In this document: piece by piece, positions 40,527 through 42,979 of the stretch | Position numbering within the stretch: position 1 is the first letter of the stretch | Layout: each line of letters opens with the position of its first letter | DNA from: Polyangiaceae bacterium | GTDB lineage: Bacteria; Myxococcota_A; Polyangia; Polyangiales; Polyangiaceae | Assembly (NCBI GenBank): GCA_035470765.1 | Contig: DATIQP010000201.1 | Coordinates: 1 to 42,979 of the forward strand | Length of the DNA: 42,979 nucleotides | Direction of reading: 5' to 3' | The notes under the pieces: generated by a model | Seen by the model: only the letters and a program-made list of their open reading frames with translations | The model's database searches: none | Told to the model about the DNA's origin: nothing | Made by a program: the position numbers and the translations under genes

Positions 40527-42899
40527 ATGAGCAAGCTAGTCATTCGCAAGGTCGGCGTGGTCGGCGCGGGTGTGATGGGCAGCGGCATCGCCGCGCACAT
40601 GGCCAATGCGGGCCTCGAGGTCGTGCTCCTCGACATCGTTCCCCCGAATTTGACCGACGCGGAGAAGAAGAACCCGGCGGCGCGCAGCCGCTTCGCCGCG
40701 GGCGGGCTCGAGAAGGCGATCAAGGCGCGGCCCGCCGCGTTCTTCCACAAGGAGCGCGCTCGGCTGGTGTCGATCGGCAACGTCGAGGACGATCTCGCCA
40801 AGCTCTCCGACTGCGATCTGGTCATCGAGGCGATCATCGAGCAGCTCGAGCCGAAGCAGGCGCTCTTCGAGAAGCTCGAGAAGACGCTGCCCGCGCACGC
40901 AATCGTCGCGTCGAACACGAGCGGCCTGCGCATCGCGGAGATGATGAAGGGCCGCTCGGACGCCTTCAAGAAGCGCTTCCTCGTGATGCACTTCTTCAAC
41001 CCGGTCCGCTACATGAAGCTGCTCGAGCTCGTCACCGGGCCGGACACCGCCCCCGGCACGCTCGCCGAGATCCGCCGCTTCGGCGAGGACGTGCTCGGCA
41101 AGGGCATCGTCGTCGGCAAGGACACGCCGAACTTCGTCGGCAACCGCATCGGCACGCACGCCATGATGGTCGCCATCCACCAGATGCTCAAGGACGGCCT
41201 CACCCCCGAGGACGTCGACGCGCTCACCGGCGAGCCGATGGGCCACCCCAAGAGCGCGAGCTTCCGCACCGCCGACCTCGTCGGGCTCGACACCTTCATC
41301 CACGTCGCGGACAACTGCTACAACGCGCTGACCGGCGACGAGGAGCGGGACGTCTTCAAGATGCCGGACTTCATCCGCGCGATGGCGGAGAAGAAGCTGC
41401 TCGGCGACAAGACCAAGGGCGGCTTCTACAAGAAGGTGGGCAAGGACATCCAGACCTTCGACCCCTACAAGCTCGAGTACCGCGCCAAGGCCGGCGACGC
41501 GGAGATCAAGGCCGCCACGAAGTCGCTCAAGGACGTCGAGACGCCCGGCGCGCGCGTGAAGAAGCTCATGGCCGATCAGGGCAAGGCGGGCAAGTTCGCG
41601 TGGGCCGTGGTCTCGCGCTCGCTCGCGTACGCGGCGCGCCGCATCCCCGAGATCGCCGACGACGTGGTCGCGATCGATGACGCGATGAAGTGGGGCTACA
41701 ACTGGGAGCTCGGCCCCTTCGAGACGTGGGACGCGCTCGGCTTCGTCGAGACCGTCGACCGCATGAAGAAGGACGGCATCTCGCTGCCCCCCGCGATCGA
41801 GAAGATGCGCGCGAGCGGCGCGACCGCCTTCTACAAGGGCGACGAGGTCTACGATCTCAAGAAGGGCGCCTACGTGAAGCGCCACGTCGATCCGCGCAAC
41901 GCCACCTTCGAGATCCTCAAGCGCGGCACCGCCGCGGTCGCGTCGAACGCGGGCGCGGAGGCGTGGGACCTCGGCGACGGCGTGCTCGGCGTGCGCTTCA
42001 AGACGTACGTCAACGCGATCGACGACGACGTCGTGGCCATGCTGCACACCGCCGTCGGCCGCGCGGAGACCGATTTCCGCGCGATGGTCATCTCCAACAC
42101 CGGCCCGCACTTCTGCGTCGGCGCCAACCTCATGAAGGTCATGCAGGTCGTCATGGCCGGCGGCTGGGACGATCTGCGCAAGATCGTCAAGGACCTGCAG
42201 GACGCGTCGCAGCGCATGAAGTACTCGCGCGTGCCGGTCGTCGCGGCGCCGTACGGCATGGCGCTCGGCGGCGGCCTCGAGGTGTGCCTCGGCGCGGACG
42301 CGGTGCAGGCGGCGGCCGAGACCTACTGCGGTCTGGTCGAGGTCGGCGTCGGCCTCATCCCCGGCGGCGGCGGCAACCTGAACATGCTCTGGCGCGCGCT
42401 CGAGGGCGTCCCCGACGGCACCGCGATCAACACGCTGGAGTACGTGACGCAGGTCTTCAAGAACATCGCCCTCGCCAAGGTGGCGACGAGCGCGGAGGAG
42501 GCGAAGGTCTTCGGCTACTTCCGCCGCAACGACGGCATCTCGTTCGACCAGGCGCGCCTCGTCACCGAGGCCAAGGCCCGCGCCATCGGCCTCGCCGAGG
42601 CCGGCTACCACCCGCCCGCGCCGCGCGCCTACGTGCTGCCCGGCGAGAGCGGCATCGCCACGCTCAAGATGATGATCGGGACGCTGGTCGCCGGCGGCTA
42701 CGCCAGCGAGCACGACGCGAAGATCGCGGCCAAGCTCGCCGAGGTGCTCTGCGGCGGCGTCGGCGGCTCCGGCCACGAGGTCACCGAGTCGCAGATCCTC
42801 GAGCTGGAGCGCGAGGCGTTCGTGAGCCTGTGCGGCGAGCCGAAGAGCCAGGAGCGCATGCAGTACATGCTGATGAACAATCGGCCTCTCCGTAACTAG
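40527..42899 (+). CDS. Bifunctional 3-hydroxyacyl-CoA dehydrogenase / enoyl-CoA hydratase family protein (FadB/FadN-like)
   Basis: 790 aa from the ATG at 40527. The N-terminal NAD fold is VGVVGAGVMGSGIAAHMA. HFFNPVRYMKLLE and GKDTPNFVGNRIG are 3HCDH blocks. The C-terminal crotonase-like region is FCVGANL...AAPYGMALGGGLEVCL. The 357-codon 5' extension of the track ORF is antisense to the dehydrogenase gene. Confidence 0.92.
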   Translation: MSKLVIRKVGVVGAGVMGSGIAAHMANAGLEVVLLDIVPPNLTDAEKKNPAARSRFAAGGLEKAIKARPAAFFHKERARLVSIGNVEDDLAKLSDCDLVIEAIIEQLEPKQALFEKLEKTLPAHAIVASNTSGLRIAEMMKGRSDAFKKRFLVMHFFNPVRYMKLLELVTGPDTAPGTLAEIRRFGEDVLGKGIVVGKDTPNFVGNRIGTHAMMVAIHQMLKDGLTPEDVDALTGEPMGHPKSASFRTADLVGLDTFIHVADNCYNALTGDEERDVFKMPDFIRAMAEKKLLGDKTKGGFYKKVGKDIQTFDPYKLEYRAKAGDAEIKAATKSLKDVETPGARVKKLMADQGKAGKFAWAVVSRSLAYAARRIPEIADDVVAIDDAMKWGYNWELGPFETWDALGFVETVDRMKKDGISLPPAIEKMRASGATAFYKGDEVYDLKKGAYVKRHVDPRNATFEILKRGTAAVASNAGAEAWDLGDGVLGVRFKTYVNAIDDDVVAMLHTAVGRAETDFRAMVISNTGPHFCVGANLMKVMQVVMAGGWDDLRKIVKDLQDASQRMKYSRVPVVAAPYGMALGGGLEVCLGADAVQAAAETYCGLVEVGVGLIPGGGGNLNMLWRALEGVPDGTAINTLEYVTQVFKNIALAKVATSAEEAKVFGYFRRNDGISFDQARLVTEAKARAIGLAEAGYHPPAPRAYVLPGESGIATLKMMIGTLVAGGYASEHDAKIAAKLAEVLCGGVGGSGHEVTESQILELEREAFVSLCGEPKSQERMQYMLMNNRPLRN

Positions 42900-42979
42900 A
42901 TTTCCAGGTTCGCGCGTCTTTGCAGTGAGAGCAGAGGAGTCGCGGGTTGACGCGCGAGGACCGCTAGGATTTTCTTATC

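Overview
This is a 42,979-bp, very GC-rich (roughly 70%) chromosomal segment. I infer a myxobacterial origin (Myxococcota, Polyangiales-like) from three things: the GC content, the many Cys-/Gly-rich lipoproteins with 'C-S/A' lipobox signals, and a eukaryote-like Ser/Thr kinase. I support about 37 protein-coding genes or gene fragments. Most of the six-frame ORFs are GC-driven shadow ORFs antisense to, or out of frame with, the real genes.

Recognisable genes:
- two AMP-dependent acyl-CoA ligases
- two MBL-fold hydrolases
- a phospholipase C/AcpA-type phosphoesterase
- methionine aminopeptidase
- Tex
- an aldo/keto reductase
- a TetR regulator
- a LOG-family protein
- pxpABC (5-oxoprolinase)
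- a cytochrome P450
- a Glu/Leu/Phe/Val dehydrogenase
- a FadB-like 3-hydroxyacyl-CoA dehydrogenase/enoyl-CoA hydratase

I found no rRNA, tRNA, CRISPR array, transposase or integrase.

Observations most worth a second look:
1. A structured 190-230-bp composite palindromic element occurs in two copies (21051-21240 and 39047-39276). Both carry an identical 31-bp terminal inverted repeat and paired internal hairpins. One copy sits inside an operon and the other between convergent genes.
2. A TetR-linked two-gene operon encodes a 1245-aa double BcrAD/BadFG ATPase fused to a DUF2229 domain, plus a 622-aa HgdB/DUF2229-like partner. This is an orphan ATP-driven electron-transfer-type system with no known substrate.
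3. A four-gene, translationally coupled Ser/Thr kinase / membrane protein / 2x DUF1566 operon lies divergent from two tandem paralogous lipoproteins that have no recognisable domain.
4. There are several repeat-built secreted proteins: a 6 x 24-aa six-cysteine repeat lipoprotein, two Cys-rich propeller-like proteins, and a Gly-rich lipoprotein.
5. There are three gene remnants: a LysR N-terminus, a carboxylesterase C-terminus and a GH16 C-terminus.

All functional calls come from reading motifs by eye. No database search was run.
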